Part shown: one piece after another, positions 1-12,988 of the stretch
How positions within the stretch are numbered: the stretch's first letter is position 1
How the letters are laid out: each line of letters begins with the position of its first letter
Source of the DNA: an uncultured Gammaproteobacteria bacterium
Lineage (GTDB): Bacteria; Patescibacteriota; Patescibacteriia; 2-12-FULL-57-11
Reading direction: 5' to 3'
Length of the DNA stretch: 64,000 bases
Assembly (NCBI GenBank): GCA_964648865.1
Contig: CAZYLV010000001.1
Coordinates: 18,476 to 82,475, forward strand
Position numbers and translations under genes: made by a program
The notes under the pieces: model-generated
What the model saw: only the letters and a program-made list of their open reading frames with translations
The model's database searches: none
Told to the model about the DNA's origin: nothing

Positions 1-146
1 AACACGTTCGGGTAGCCGTCGGAGTCGGTGACGTGCGCGCAGCCGTCCAATCCACTGCCCGTTGAGTGCTCTCCGGGCTGTATCGCATTCGGCATCGCAA
101 TGCCCTGGATGCGCGCACCAAGTATCCTCATTTTTTGAATCATCAT
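1..146 (-). CDS. Partial hypothetical protein; the C-terminus runs off the window start. It encodes ...TDSDGYPNVF and shares a 34-nt repeat with the next gene. The start is uncertain (several in-frame ATG at 93-146).
   Basis: The minus-strand frame is open from before position 1 to beyond 380. The C-terminal motif TDSDG(Y/C)PNVF matches the gene at 377-1054. No Shine-Dalgarno (SD) sequence was found. Confidence 0.25.
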   Translation of the reverse strand, partial: MMIQKMRILGARIQGIAMPNAIQPGEHSTGSGLDGCAHVTDSDGYPNV

Positions 147-376
147 GCGACGCGCTCGGGCAAACCGTGGTCGGCCGGACTCTGGACGCATGCGAAACGG
201 ATTCGGCAGCGGGAAACCTTGGTCTCCCACGTACGCGCCTACTACCGCGTCCAGTATACCTGAAAAAGAAACACGGCCGGCCTCGCACTCCCCAACTTCG
301 GGAAATGTGAGACCGGCCGCTGTCCAAGGACCAAGAGACCGAGGGCTGAACCCAAGGGCCTGAGGTCCAAGGACCA

Positions 377-1054
377 CTACTTGCCCGGAGCGACGAACAC
401 GAGGCGGTGCCCGGGATTCCAGCGATCGCTCGGCCCCGCATCGTCGCTGCCCAGCCACCGCCCGAAGCCGCCGCGCCCGACCCCGAACACGTTCGGGCAG
501 CCGTCGGAGTCGGTGATCGGTTCCATGCCGACCCAATACCAGTCGTCCTGGGGCTGGTCGGCGTCGGCGAGCCGCAGGTGGGGGCCGACCTCGGCCGGAC
601 AGAGGGTGAGACCGAACTTCCCCGCGCGCTGCCAGATGCTCTTCGTGGTCGCGCCCTTGCGGAAGCCGAGCTCCGCCACGGTGACGCGCACCAGGGCGAG
701 TTCGATGGACTCGGGGGACGTGGTGAACGCCTTCTTGCCCATCATGTCGCGCGCCCAGTCGCCGATCTTGAAGCCCTTCGACTCCATCTCGGCGATGAGC
801 GCCTCCTTGGACTTCCCCCCGATGGTGATCCGCTTCCAGACCTCGAAGGTCGGGGTAGGCGGCGCATCGCGGTACGGGTTGCCGCCGCGGGGCTCGCTGA
901 ACGCGACCTCGGGCACGCGGCCCTCGATGATGGCCTGCAGCCCGTCGAGCGCGGCGTCGACGTCGACCGAGCCCTCGCGCACCCGTCGGAACAGATCGTG
1001 CTGGCGCCGGGCCAGAATGCCCAGCTGCTCGTCGCTGACAACGTTCTTCGTCAT
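377..1054 (-). CDS. Hypothetical protein of about 225 aa (starts MTKNVVSDEQ...), no recognised domain.
   Basis: ORF with an AAAGGAGAGG SD 8 nt upstream of the ATG at 1054. It has a long structured leader and a consensus promoter upstream. Confidence 0.6.
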   Translation of the reverse strand: MTKNVVSDEQLGILARRQHDLFRRVREGSVDVDAALDGLQAIIEGRVPEVAFSEPRGGNPYRDAPPTPTFEVWKRITIGGKSKEALIAEMESKGFKIGDWARDMMGKKAFTTSPESIELALVRVTVAELGFRKGATTKSIWQRAGKFGLTLCPAEVGPHLRLADADQPQDDWYWVGMEPITDSDGCPNVFGVGRGGFGRWLGSDDAGPSDRWNPGHRLVFVAPGK

Positions 1055-1245
1055 GACAAACACCTCTCCTTTCGACTGCCGTTGGGCGTCTTGACGCAGG
1101 GAAACGCCCCTGCGTCCGGACACTCGTTGAAAACGGCATCTTGTCGTTCTGGATCCCCGCTTCCGCGGGGATGACAACTGCAAGATGCCGCTTTCAACCT
1201 GTGGCGAGCTACGTCGAACCACGGTGCGGGGTTCTAAAGAACAAC
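1055..1245 (-). ncRNA. Structured 5' leader: a candidate cis-regulatory RNA (riboswitch or attenuator) for the gene at 377-1054.
   Basis: Minus-strand RNA contains GGTTC...GAACC. An 18-bp stem (GTTGAAAGCGGCATCTTG / CAAGATGCCGTTTTCAAC) encloses CCCCGC-GGAA-GCGGGG. A GACGCAGGG-gcgtttc-CCTGCGTC hairpin lies just before the SD. Confidence 0.35.
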
Positions 1246-1250
1246 GAACC

Positions 1251-1279
1251 AATATAGCGGAATTAGCTGATTTTGTCAA
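1251..1279 (-). promoter_or_regulatory. Sigma70-type promoter: TTGACA, 17-nt spacer, TATATT.
   Basis: Minus strand reads TTGACAaaatcagctaattccgcTATATT. The -35 box overlaps the queA stop codon. Confidence 0.55.
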
Positions 1280-2310
1280 GAGTTCGTATCATGTCTACGC
1301 ATGATGAACATGGCGTCGCCGAAGGAGTAGAAGCGATACCTCTTTCTGATGGCCGCGGCGTAGGCCTGGAACACGAAGGTACGGCCGGCGAAAGCCGAGA
1401 CCAGCGCGAGCAACGTCGAGCGCGGCAGGTGGAAGTTGGTGATGAGCGCGTCGACGGCACGAAAGCGGTAGCCGGGGGTGATGAACATGCCGATCCACCC
1501 GGCCTTCTTGCCGCCAAGCCCTTCGAGACAGCGCACCGTCGTCGTGCCCACGGCGACGACGCGCCCGCCGCGCTTCCTCGTCTCGGCGATGGCCCGGCGC
1601 GTCGCGGCGGGGATCTCGCCCCACTCCTCGTGCATCTCGTGCGCCTCGAGCGTCGCCGCCGTCACCGGCCGGAAGGTGCCGAGCCCCACGTGGAGCGTCA
1701 CCGAGGCGAAGCGGACGCCCTGCCTCTTGAGGCGGGAGATGAGCCGCGGCGTGAAGTGGAAGCCGGCCGTCGGCGCGGCCACGCTCCCCCGCCGTTTGGC
1801 GTAGACCGTCTGGTAGTCGGCCAAGGTCTTGGGCGCACGGCCGACGTAGGGCGGCACCGGGATGGCGCCATGGCGGTCGGCGAAGGCCATCATGTCGGCG
1901 GCCGAGAGCGGCGCATGGAGCACCGCCGTGCCGTCGGCGTGCTTGCGCAGCACCGTGAACGGCACCCGCGCCACCGTGAGCCCGTCGCCTTCCTTCACCT
2001 TCTTGCCGGGCTTGAGCAGGCAGGCCCAATCGCTCGAGCCGGTGCGCTCCGCGACCGGACGCAGCAGGAACACCTCGACGTTGCCGCCCGTCGCGCGACG
2101 CGCCGGGAGCCGCGCCTTGAAGACCTTGCTGTCGTTGACCACGAGCAGGTCGCCCGGACGCAGGTATTCCCCGACCTCGAAGAACCGTCGGTGCGCCATG
2201 GTCCGGGCGAGGGGGTCGAGCACGAGCAGCCGGGAGCGGTCCCGCGGCCGGACGGGCCGCTGGGCGATGCGCTCCGGGGGCAGGCGATAGTCGAAGAGCG
2301 CGGTTTTCAT
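1276..2310 (-). CDS. queA: S-adenosylmethionine:tRNA ribosyltransferase-isomerase.
   Basis: Translation [20 protein letters not shown]...VNDSKV...FHFT is QueA-like. The likely start is the Met at 2310 within ORF 1276-2346. Confidence 0.9.
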   Translation of the reverse strand: MKTALFDYRLPPERIAQRPVRPRDRSRLLVLDPLARTMAHRRFFEVGEYLRPGDLLVVNDSKVFKARLPARRATGGNVEVFLLRPVAERTGSSDWACLLKPGKKVKEGDGLTVARVPFTVLRKHADGTAVLHAPLSAADMMAFADRHGAIPVPPYVGRAPKTLADYQTVYAKRRGSVAAPTAGFHFTPRLISRLKRQGVRFASVTLHVGLGTFRPVTAATLEAHEMHEEWGEIPAATRRAIAETRKRGGRVVAVGTTTVRCLEGLGGKKAGWIGMFITPGYRFRAVDALITNFHLPRSTLLALVSAFAGRTFVFQAYAAAIRKRYRFYSFGDAMFIMRRHDTNS

Positions 2311-2379
2311 GGTCCGGATGATAAGCGGGCCCCCGCCACTTGCCAAGCGGCGGACCCTCTGCTACCATCCCCGCGACGT

Positions 2380-2676
2380 ATGAAGAAGGAAATCCACCCG
2401 GAATACCACGCGGACGCCAAGGTCATCTGCGCCTGCGGCAACACCTTCACCACCGGCTCGACGGTCCCCGAGATCCGCATCGAGCTGTGTTCGCAGTGCC
2501 ATCCGTTCTACACGGGCAAGCAGAAGCTGGTGGACACCGCCCGCCGCGTGGAGAAGCTCGCCGAGCGCCGCGCCAAGCAGGCCACCACGGTCCGCGGCGG
2601 CAAGAAGGCCAAGGTCGCCAAGCGCGTCGCCAAGAAGGCGGCCGCCCGCGCCGAATCCGAGAAGGCCGCGGCTTAG
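2380..2676 (+). CDS. rpmE: 50S ribosomal protein L31 with a Lys/Ala-rich C-terminal extension.
   Basis: [28 protein letters not shown]...[14 protein letters not shown] TGcTACCAT -10-like element lies upstream. Confidence 0.9.
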   Translation: MKKEIHPEYHADAKVICACGNTFTTGSTVPEIRIELCSQCHPFYTGKQKLVDTARRVEKLAERRAKQATTVRGGKKAKVAKRVAKKAAARAESEKAAA

Positions 2677-2730
2677 GTATACAAAAACGGCCCCACGCAC
2701 CTGGGCCGTTTTTGTTTTGCCGACTATCCT

Positions 2731-3812
<1,082 letters not shown>

Positions 3813-3816
<4 letters not shown>

Positions 3817-4229
3817 CCCCACCTATGGCCGAACTCTTCCGTAAACCGCAGGAGTACATCGAAGAGATGGAGCGTCGTGATCCGAAGGAGCTGCATCCGA
3901 TGCTGCCCGAGGGCATGCGCAGCGCCTACCGCGAGCTTGCCGAAAAGCACCTCCTGCTGGAGCAGCGGTTGGACGGGCACGAGAAGCGCTACCACGAGTT
4001 GGCCAAGACCTACGCGCAGCTCGGCGAGGCGCTCGACATCCCGGAAGGTCCTGGACGCGAGGCCCTGCTCCAGAAGCTCGAGAGCCTCCAGGGCGCCGCA
4101 GACGATGCCCGCGCCGATTACGAGGAAGCCATGAGCGAACTGGACGTGGTCGGCGAGGCCCTGAACAAGCTGATCCGTGAGGGACGCGAGACGCTCAGGA
4201 GCATCACCTCCCGCGGCGGACAAGCATGA
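3813..4229 (+). CDS. Hypothetical acidic helical protein (138 aa) inserted between prfA and prmC.
   Basis: ATGA overlaps at both ends (3813-3816 and 4226-4229). Very high GC3 in this frame. Confidence 0.6.
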
Positions 4230-5176
4230 CCATCGGCGAGGCGCTGCGCAGACCCGGCATCGACCCGATCGATGCCGAGCTGCTGCTGGCCCACGCGCTC
4301 AAGAAGCCGCGCGAGTTCCTGCTCGCGCACCCCGAGGGACGCATCCGACCGGCGCAGCGGCGCCGGTTTCGCGCGTCCGTCGCACGCCGCAGGAAGCATG
4401 AACCGGTGGCTCTCATCATCGGCCACAAGCATTTTTACGACCTGACCCTCGCCGTGGCGCGCGGCGTGCTCGTCCCCCGCCCGGAGACGGAGCTGCTGAT
4501 CGATGCGGTCTTACAGCGGGCGGGTGACGCCGAAGGCGGGTTCCCTGCCGCGCGGACTGTGGAGCACGGCAGGGTGCCGCAGGCGGCAGGACCCGTCCGC
4601 GTGGACAGGACCCGCGCCGTGCGGCACCGCTTTGGCATGACGATCATCGATGTCGGCACGGGCTCCGGCGCCATCGCGCTCGCCCTGGCCAAGCACGTGC
4701 CGACGGCGCGCGTCGTGGCCACCGACCTCTCCCCTGCCGCGCTGCGCCTGGCCAAGAGGAACGCGCGCTCACTCGGCCTCGCCGGCCGCGTGCGCTTCCT
4801 CAAGGCCGACCTGCTGCCGGACAGGGGCGTGATGAATCACGCCCCAACGCTCATCGTCGCCAACCTTCCCTACCTGCCCACGGCCGTCTGGCGCAGCGCG
4901 CCGCCGGACGTCCGGCGCTACGAGCCGCGCAGCGCGCTCGACGGCGGCCGCGACGGGCTCGACGCCTATCGCGCGCTCTTCGCACGCATTGCCGAACAGG
5001 GCGTGATGGATCACGCCCCTACAACGATCATCATCGAGATCGACCCGACGCAAAAACGCCTCCTCCCGAAGGCGGTGAAGGCGTCCTTGCCTGATGCGCG
5101 CGTGGGGTTCCGCAAGGACCTGGCGGGACGCTGGCGCGTAGCCGTCATCGCTGCCCGCTCTCGGTCTCCTCGATAG
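4226..5176 (+). CDS. prmC: Release factor glutamine N5-methyltransferase (HemK/PrmC).
   Basis: SAM motif IIDVGTGSGAIALAL and NPPY-like motif VANLPYLP. It follows prfA. Confidence 0.85.
   Translation: MTIGEALRRPGIDPIDAELLLAHALKKPREFLLAHPEGRIRPAQRRRFRASVARRRKHEPVALIIGHKHFYDLTLAVARGVLVPRPETELLIDAVLQRAGDAEGGFPAARTVEHGRVPQAAGPVRVDRTRAVRHRFGMTIIDVGTGSGAIALALAKHVPTARVVATDLSPAALRLAKRNARSLGLAGRVRFLKADLLPDRGVMNHAPTLIVANLPYLPTAVWRSAPPDVRRYEPRSALDGGRDGLDAYRALFARIAEQGVMDHAPTTIIIEIDPTQKRLLPKAVKASLPDARVGFRKDLAGRWRVAVIAARSRSPR
4824..4845. repeat. Perfect 10-bp-stem palindrome (GGGGCGTGAT-ga-ATCACGCCCC) in frame inside prmC.
   Basis: Seen in the sequence. It encodes GVMNHAP. Confidence 0.7.
4998..5020. repeat. 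Second copy of the palindrome (GGGCGTGAT-gg-ATCACGCCC) in frame inside prmC.
   Basis: Seen in the sequence. It encodes GVMDHAP and the flanks resemble those of the first copy. Confidence 0.7.
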
Positions 5177-5612
5177 CCACCTTGCTGCGGTCCTCGGCGT
5201 CGTAGCGCACCCGGACCGTCTTGCCCGGCTGGAACTCCGGCAGGTAGACAGGATTGATGATCATCGTCGTTTCTGCCTCATAGGCCGCGCCATCCGCCGG
5301 ACGCACCTCCAGACGGATCTCCACCTGCGGCTGGTCGTTGAAGGTGCTGCCCGTGGGCTCGATGCCGAGGATGACGGCCTCGGCAGGAAGCCCGCGCTCG
5401 AGGAGTTGGGAGCGCTGGTACTCCGGCCAGAAGAACAGGAAGCCCGGGATGCCGATGCCGATCAGCAGGATGACGGCGGGGATGAGGAAGGACCAACGCC
5501 CGTTGGGCTTGGAGGATGGGGAAGCGGTCGGGACGGGCGTCGGGGTCGGCGTCGGCATGGGGGTCTGTTGCATATGCGCCATCATCGCAAAGACGCCGCG
5601 ATGTGGCAACAA
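5145..5612 (-). CDS. Hypothetical membrane-anchored protein: Pro/Thr-rich N-terminus, one TM helix, beta-rich C-terminal domain.
   Basis: ORF with a TM segment FLIPAVILLIGIGIPGFLFFW. Convergent overlap with the prmC 3' end. Confidence 0.5.
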   Translation of the reverse strand: MLPHRGVFAMMAHMQQTPMPTPTPTPVPTASPSSKPNGRWSFLIPAVILLIGIGIPGFLFFWPEYQRSQLLERGLPAEAVILGIEPTGSTFNDQPQVEIRLEVRPADGAAYEAETTMIINPVYLPEFQPGKTVRVRYDAEDRSKVAIEETESGQR

Positions 5613-5633
5613 AAAACGAGGGCCCTGCCCCCG

Positions 5634-5774
5634 CTAGCGGCTCTCCGTGGACTTCCGGTCGATGTGCTTCTCGATCCGCTCGAGCTCGGCCTCGAGACGC
5701 GCGACGAACGCCGCCGCCTCGTCGCGGAGCCCGGAGCGCGCTTCCCTCAGGTTCCGGAGCTCCATGACGCTCAT
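5634..5774 (-). CDS. Small coiled-coil protein of about 46 aa (MSVMELRNLREARSGLRDEAAAFVARLEAELERIEKHIDRKSTESR).
   Basis: Near-100% G/C at codon third positions in this frame. It overlaps the end of the upstream gene. Below the ORF-track size cutoff. Confidence 0.35.
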   Translation of the reverse strand: MSVMELRNLREARSGLRDEAAAFVARLEAELERIEKHIDRKSTESR

Positions 5775-5823
5775 CCCGCGGAGGTCGTCGTCCGCATATT
5801 CCCTGTAGGCCACCGCGTCCTCC

Positions 5824-6915
5824 TCACTGCAGCTCCTTGCCGCCGGAACGCACGGGCATGCCGCGCGTCACCACTTCGATCCAGGTCGGCCCCGGAGCGA
5901 AGACCACTTCCTTACCATCGACATGCTCGAAGCGCAACCGGCTGCCGGCCGAAGCCTTCTTCCAGCGGACCTCGAGCAGCCGGCCGTCGCGCAGCACCCA
6001 GGCCGGACCCTGGCCGGTGGTGCGCAGGCGCAGCCGGCCGACCGCGTCGACCACCTCGGCATCGGTGCGCAGGACGACGACGTTGGCGGCGATGATGGGC
6101 GTGCCGTCCTTGTCCGAGTGCGGGTCGCGCGCCTGGATGCGGCGATACCCGCCGTCCTCGGGGAGCCAGCGCCACTCCACGCGATAGCTCGGCGCGGAGA
6201 ACTCGATGACCGCGCTCTGCGTCGAGGTCGTCCGCTCCCCCTCCGGCGCGGCGGAAAAACGCCAGGCCGGCGCGGTGGAGCTCGCCGACCAGCCGCGCTC
6301 CTCGCGCACGCCCTGGAGGAGCTCCAACGAAGTGTATGCGTTATGCGGCGCGTACCGGCGGGAAGAACGCCAGAAGGCCGTGGCGCCCCAGGCGAACTCG
6401 TCGATGTCGTTGATGTCGCGACGGGCGAGCTGGGAGAAGGCTTCGGGAGAACCGCCGACGTGGACGTAGTCGGCGCCCAGCTCCTCGGCCCAATCCAGGA
6501 AGTACGGACGGGCGCTGCGCACCGGACCGATCTCCGGCACGGTGCCGGTGGCGGAGAAGACCGCCAAGAAGCGCGTGATGCCGCCTTCGACCGGCGCCTC
6601 GAAGACCAGCCGCGCGGCGGCGAGGCCGGACGGCGGGCGCGAGTCGGTGTGGTTCTCGATCATGACCGCGAAGGGCCGCAGCGCGCCGCCGTCGCTCGGC
6701 GTGCCGTCGAGCCAATCGGTCCCCGCGGGCTCCGTCGGCTCCTCGACGACGGACGCCGACGGCGCGGGCTCCGTCGGCTTGGGCGCGAAGAGCACGATGC
6801 CGACGCTCGCGAGAAGCACCGTGAACGCGCCGGCGGCGACGGCGGCCGCGGCGATGGCCAGCCGCGGATTGGCCTTGGCCCAAGCGATGGCTTCTTCCTT
6901 CGTGGGGATGCGCAT
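5824..6915 (-). CDS. DUF3048-like (YerB-type) membrane-anchored protein.
   Basis: Starts MRIPTKEEAIAWAKANPRLAIAAAAVAAGAFTVLL (TM helix) followed by a large extracytoplasmic domain. The ORF track extends it spuriously upstream. Confidence 0.65.
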   Translation of the reverse strand: MRIPTKEEAIAWAKANPRLAIAAAAVAAGAFTVLLASVGIVLFAPKPTEPAPSASVVEEPTEPAGTDWLDGTPSDGGALRPFAVMIENHTDSRPPSGLAAARLVFEAPVEGGITRFLAVFSATGTVPEIGPVRSARPYFLDWAEELGADYVHVGGSPEAFSQLARRDINDIDEFAWGATAFWRSSRRYAPHNAYTSLELLQGVREERGWSASSTAPAWRFSAAPEGERTTSTQSAVIEFSAPSYRVEWRWLPEDGGYRRIQARDPHSDKDGTPIIAANVVVLRTDAEVVDAVGRLRLRTTGQGPAWVLRDGRLLEVRWKKASAGSRLRFEHVDGKEVVFAPGPTWIEVVTRGMPVRSGGKELQ

Positions 6916-6956
6916 GGATGCGAAATCCCGCCCCCTCGCGAGGGGCGGGATGGGGC

Positions 6957-7646
6957 TTATTCCTTCTTGGCTTCCGCCTCGGGAGCCGCCTCTTCGGCGC
7001 CCTCCTCGCCTTCCTTCTTCTTCTCGACGACCTCGACCTGCGAGACGTCGCCGGGGCCGGCGCTCTCCATGGCCTTGATCTGCTCTTCGGTCAGCGCGGC
7101 GGAGACGGTGACGACCACGTCCTCGGCGTCGGCCTGGACCGCAAGCCCGGCCGGGATCGTGAGGTCGCGGATGCGGATGGTCTGGCCGACCTCGGTAAGC
7201 GCGGAGAGATCCACGGAAATCTCGTGCACCAGGTCGCCCGGGAGACACTCGACCTCGAGGCTGTCGCGCACCTGGGTGACGACCGCGCCCTGGGCCTTGG
7301 CCACGGGGGCCTCGCCGACGAGGGACAACGGGATCTCGGCGGTGATCTTCTCCTTCATGTTCACCGCGCGCAGGTCGGCATGGGCGATGCGGCCGGAGAT
7401 GGGTTCCTCCTGCACCTCGGCGATCAGCACCTTGACCGGCGCGCCGCCGTCGACGACGAGGTCCACGAGCGAGGACTCGCCGGCGGCGGAGAAGACCTTG
7501 GCGAAGGCCTTGGCGTCGAGCTCCAGGTTCTTGGGATCGGTGCCGTGGCCGTAGAGCACGGCGGGCACGCGCCCCTGGGCGCGGAGGGTCTTCACCGGCT
7601 TGCCGGTGATGGTGCGGATGGTGGCGGCGAGCGTCATGGTCTGCAT
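6957..7646 (-). CDS. rplY: 50S ribosomal protein L25 (general stress protein Ctc form) with an acidic C-terminal tail.
   Basis: MQTMTLAATIRTITGKPVKTLRAQGRVPAVLYGHG... is L25-like. Confidence 0.85.
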   Translation of the reverse strand: MQTMTLAATIRTITGKPVKTLRAQGRVPAVLYGHGTDPKNLELDAKAFAKVFSAAGESSLVDLVVDGGAPVKVLIAEVQEEPISGRIAHADLRAVNMKEKITAEIPLSLVGEAPVAKAQGAVVTQVRDSLEVECLPGDLVHEISVDLSALTEVGQTIRIRDLTIPAGLAVQADAEDVVVTVSAALTEEQIKAMESAGPGDVSQVEVVEKKKEGEEGAEEAAPEAEAKKE

Positions 7647-7654
7647 AACGGGTT

Positions 7655-7996
7655 CTAGAGGAGGCGCCGCAGGAGCGCCGCGCCGTCCACGGTGAGGGCG
7701 TGGGCGGCGAGCACGTCGTCGGCGCTGACGGGATCGGATTCGCGGAAGCGGAGGACGTCCTCGTAGCTGAGGTCGGTGACGAGCCCCACCGAGGACACGC
7801 CCACGCTCGAGAGCAGCACCAGCGCCAGCACGGCGTGGCCGCAGCCCGCGCACGAGAGATGCACGAGATGCGCGTCGTCCTTGGCGCCGACCATCTGCGC
7901 GGCCTCCGGACCGTAGGCGGCCTGACAGAGAGGGCAGCGCGTCAGGACGCGCGCCCCGTCCTGGTCGGGACGACGGTCACGGCGGCGGTTCGGCAT
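7655..7996 (-). CDS. Hypothetical zinc-ribbon protein (CPLC...CAGC).
   Basis: ORF with a four-Cys motif. Located immediately upstream of rplY. Confidence 0.45.
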   Translation of the reverse strand: MPNRRRDRRPDQDGARVLTRCPLCQAAYGPEAAQMVGAKDDAHLVHLSCAGCGHAVLALVLLSSVGVSSVGLVTDLSYEDVLRFRESDPVSADDVLAAHALTVDGAALLRRLL

Positions 7997-8037
7997 GGGT
8001 TTGGGTTCCCCTCAAGGGTAGCCCAACGCGCGGGACC

Positions 8038-9174
8038 TTACCACTCGCGCCCCAGCACGTCAATGGTCTGGAGGTTTGCCGACCGTTGGCGCACGGCGAC
8101 GCTCTGCAGGATGCCGACCAAGGCCATGGAGGCGATGAGCGAGGAGCCGCCGTAGGAGATGAAGGGCAGGGCGATGCCGGTGACCGGCATGAGCCCCATG
8201 TTCATGCCGACGTTGATGGCCACCTGGATGGTGAAGAGGATGGCCACGCCCGAAGCCACGTAGACGGTGAAGGTGTCCGTGGCCTGCCGGGCCAGGCGCA
8301 ACGCCCGCCAGACGACGAGCGCGTAGAGGCCGAGCACCACGGCCACGGCCACGAACCCGAGCTCCTCCGCGACCACGGCGAAGATGAAGTCCGTCTGCGC
8401 CTCAGGCAGGAACTTGAGCTGGCTCTGCGAGCCGAACCCGAGCCCGCGGCCGAAGACGCCGCCGGAGCCCACCGCGATCACCGACTGCGTGAGGTTGTAG
8501 CCGCGGCCCAGCGGGTCGCGGGACGGGTCGAGGAAGGTCAGGATGCGCTCCTGCTGGTAGGGCTTGAGGGCGAACGTCCAGCCGAGCGCCGCCGTGGCCA
8601 CGGCCAGCCCCAGAAGCGCCACGATGTAGGTCTTGCGGGTGCCCGAGAGCAGCAGCATCGCCACCCAGGCGGAGAGCAGCACCATGGCCGAGCCGAAGTC
8701 CGGCTGCATCAGCGTCAACCCGACGAGGACGAGCGCGCCGATGCCGCTGCCCGCCAACGAGCGCAGGTCGCGGCGGTAGGCGTGCGCGGAGAAGTAGCGC
8801 GCCAGGAAGATGACCAGCACGATCTTGGCGGCCTCGACCGGCTGGAAGCTCCAGCCGGCGATGTTGAACCAGCCGGTGGTGCCGCGCACGGTGGTGCCGA
8901 AGAAGAGCACGGCCACCAGCAGCGCCGCGCCCAAGAGGTAGAAGACGCGCGCCGCCGGCTCGAAGGCCCGATAGTTGACCGCGCCGACGGCGAACATCAG
9001 CACCAGCCCGATGCCGAAGGCCACGGCCTGCTTGATGAGTCCGGAGGAGTCGGGACGCGCCTGGGAGAGGGTGACGCTGGCGATGGCCGCCATGCCGATC
9101 AACACCAGCGAGACCGTCGCGGCGAAGAGCACCCAATCGAAGTCGCGGACGGCGCGGAGGGTCCGGCGGAGCAT
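8038..9174 (-). CDS. SEDS-family peptidoglycan glycosyltransferase (FtsW/RodA).
   Basis: Polytopic membrane protein with FtsW/RodA motifs (NxGMNMGLMPVTGIALPFISYGGSS). Confidence 0.85.
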   Translation of the reverse strand: MLRRTLRAVRDFDWVLFAATVSLVLIGMAAIASVTLSQARPDSSGLIKQAVAFGIGLVLMFAVGAVNYRAFEPAARVFYLLGAALLVAVLFFGTTVRGTTGWFNIAGWSFQPVEAAKIVLVIFLARYFSAHAYRRDLRSLAGSGIGALVLVGLTLMQPDFGSAMVLLSAWVAMLLLSGTRKTYIVALLGLAVATAALGWTFALKPYQQERILTFLDPSRDPLGRGYNLTQSVIAVGSGGVFGRGLGFGSQSQLKFLPEAQTDFIFAVVAEELGFVAVAVVLGLYALVVWRALRLARQATDTFTVYVASGVAILFTIQVAINVGMNMGLMPVTGIALPFISYGGSSLIASMALVGILQSVAVRQRSANLQTIDVLGREW

Positions 9175-9189
9175 ACGTGCCGATCCTAG

Positions 9190-12171
<2,982 letters not shown>

Positions 12172-12180
12172 CCCCCGCCT

Positions 12181-12282
12181 ATGACGAAGGAGGTCAAGAC
12201 CGTCGTCGCCGTGCTGCTCGCTCTCGCAGGCATCGCCGCCGCCGCCTGGGCGGTGTGGTGGAAGCTCATCCTGGTGCGATAA
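12181..12282 (+). CDS. Small hydrophobic peptide (33 aa).
   Basis: MTKEVKTVVAVLLALAGIAAAAWAVWWKLILVR. High GC3. No clear SD. Confidence 0.3.
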   Translation: MTKEVKTVVAVLLALAGIAAAAWAVWWKLILVR

Positions 12283-12325
12283 AGAAAAGGACGACGCCGA
12301 AGGACCCGTGCGGTCCGCTTCTGCG

Positions 12326-12988
12326 TCAGGGCGCGAGACGGATCTCGACGCCCAGGCCCGACACGCAGAGATGCCGCGCGTCGCGGAACCCCGCCGCCAG
12401 CGACTCGATGCAGACCCGCGGCAGGAAACGGAGCCCGTAGCGGCTGAAGCGCTCCTCGCCGGTCAGCGTCCAGTCCGCGCAGACCCCCTCGACGGCCCGC
12501 ATGAGCCGCGCCGCCATCATCGCCGGGTCGGCGAGCACCGGGCCGCGCTCGCCGTGCGGCGCCACCGGGTACTCGCAGAAGAGGTCGTAGGGCACGACCG
12601 GGGCGCAGACGTGCCCCTCGGCGCGCGCCACCACCTGGCGGACGCGCTTGGCCATGGCCTCCCCCGGCTCGGCACGCAGCAGCACGCGGCAGTACCGCCC
12701 GGTGTAGAGGGTCTCGCCGACCGCGCGGATGGCCTGCGCGGCGGCGTCGAGCCCGATGTCGAGATCCACGATCTCGGCCCGTCCGTGCATGAGCAGGATG
12801 GTCACCCGCGGATCGTCCTGCGGGCAGAGCTCCTGCATCATCTCGAAGGGGAAGCCCAGGACCTCCTCCTGGGTCGCCGGAGGCTGATGGCCAGACAGCA
12901 GCAGGTTGATCCGCCCGTAGCGGACGACCTGCGCGGCGCATGCCAGGCCGTGGTCGATGGTGTCTCCGGACGTCGTCGCTTCCGTCAC
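12326..12988 (-). CDS. Hypothetical protein (220 aa), family not recognised.
   Basis: GTG start at 12988 with a strong SD (AGGAGGAGG) 5 nt upstream. Confidence 0.5.
   Translation of the reverse strand: MTEATTSGDTIDHGLACAAQVVRYGRINLLLSGHQPPATQEEVLGFPFEMMQELCPQDDPRVTILLMHGRAEIVDLDIGLDAAAQAIRAVGETLYTGRYCRVLLRAEPGEAMAKRVRQVVARAEGHVCAPVVPYDLFCEYPVAPHGERGPVLADPAMMAARLMRAVEGVCADWTLTGEERFSRYGLRFLPRVCIESLAAGFRDARHLCVSGLGVEIRLAP

Noticed and set aside
62-363. Plus-strand ORFs 62-310, 66-263 and 145-363 at the window start.
   Set aside because: No SD or codon bias. The region is more likely the 3' part or intergenic region of minus-strand genes.
4824-5020. The prmC palindromes read as intrinsic terminators.
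   Set aside because: They lie inside an uninterrupted ORF with the reading frame preserved, and no U-tract follows them. They are better read as in-frame palindromic insertions.
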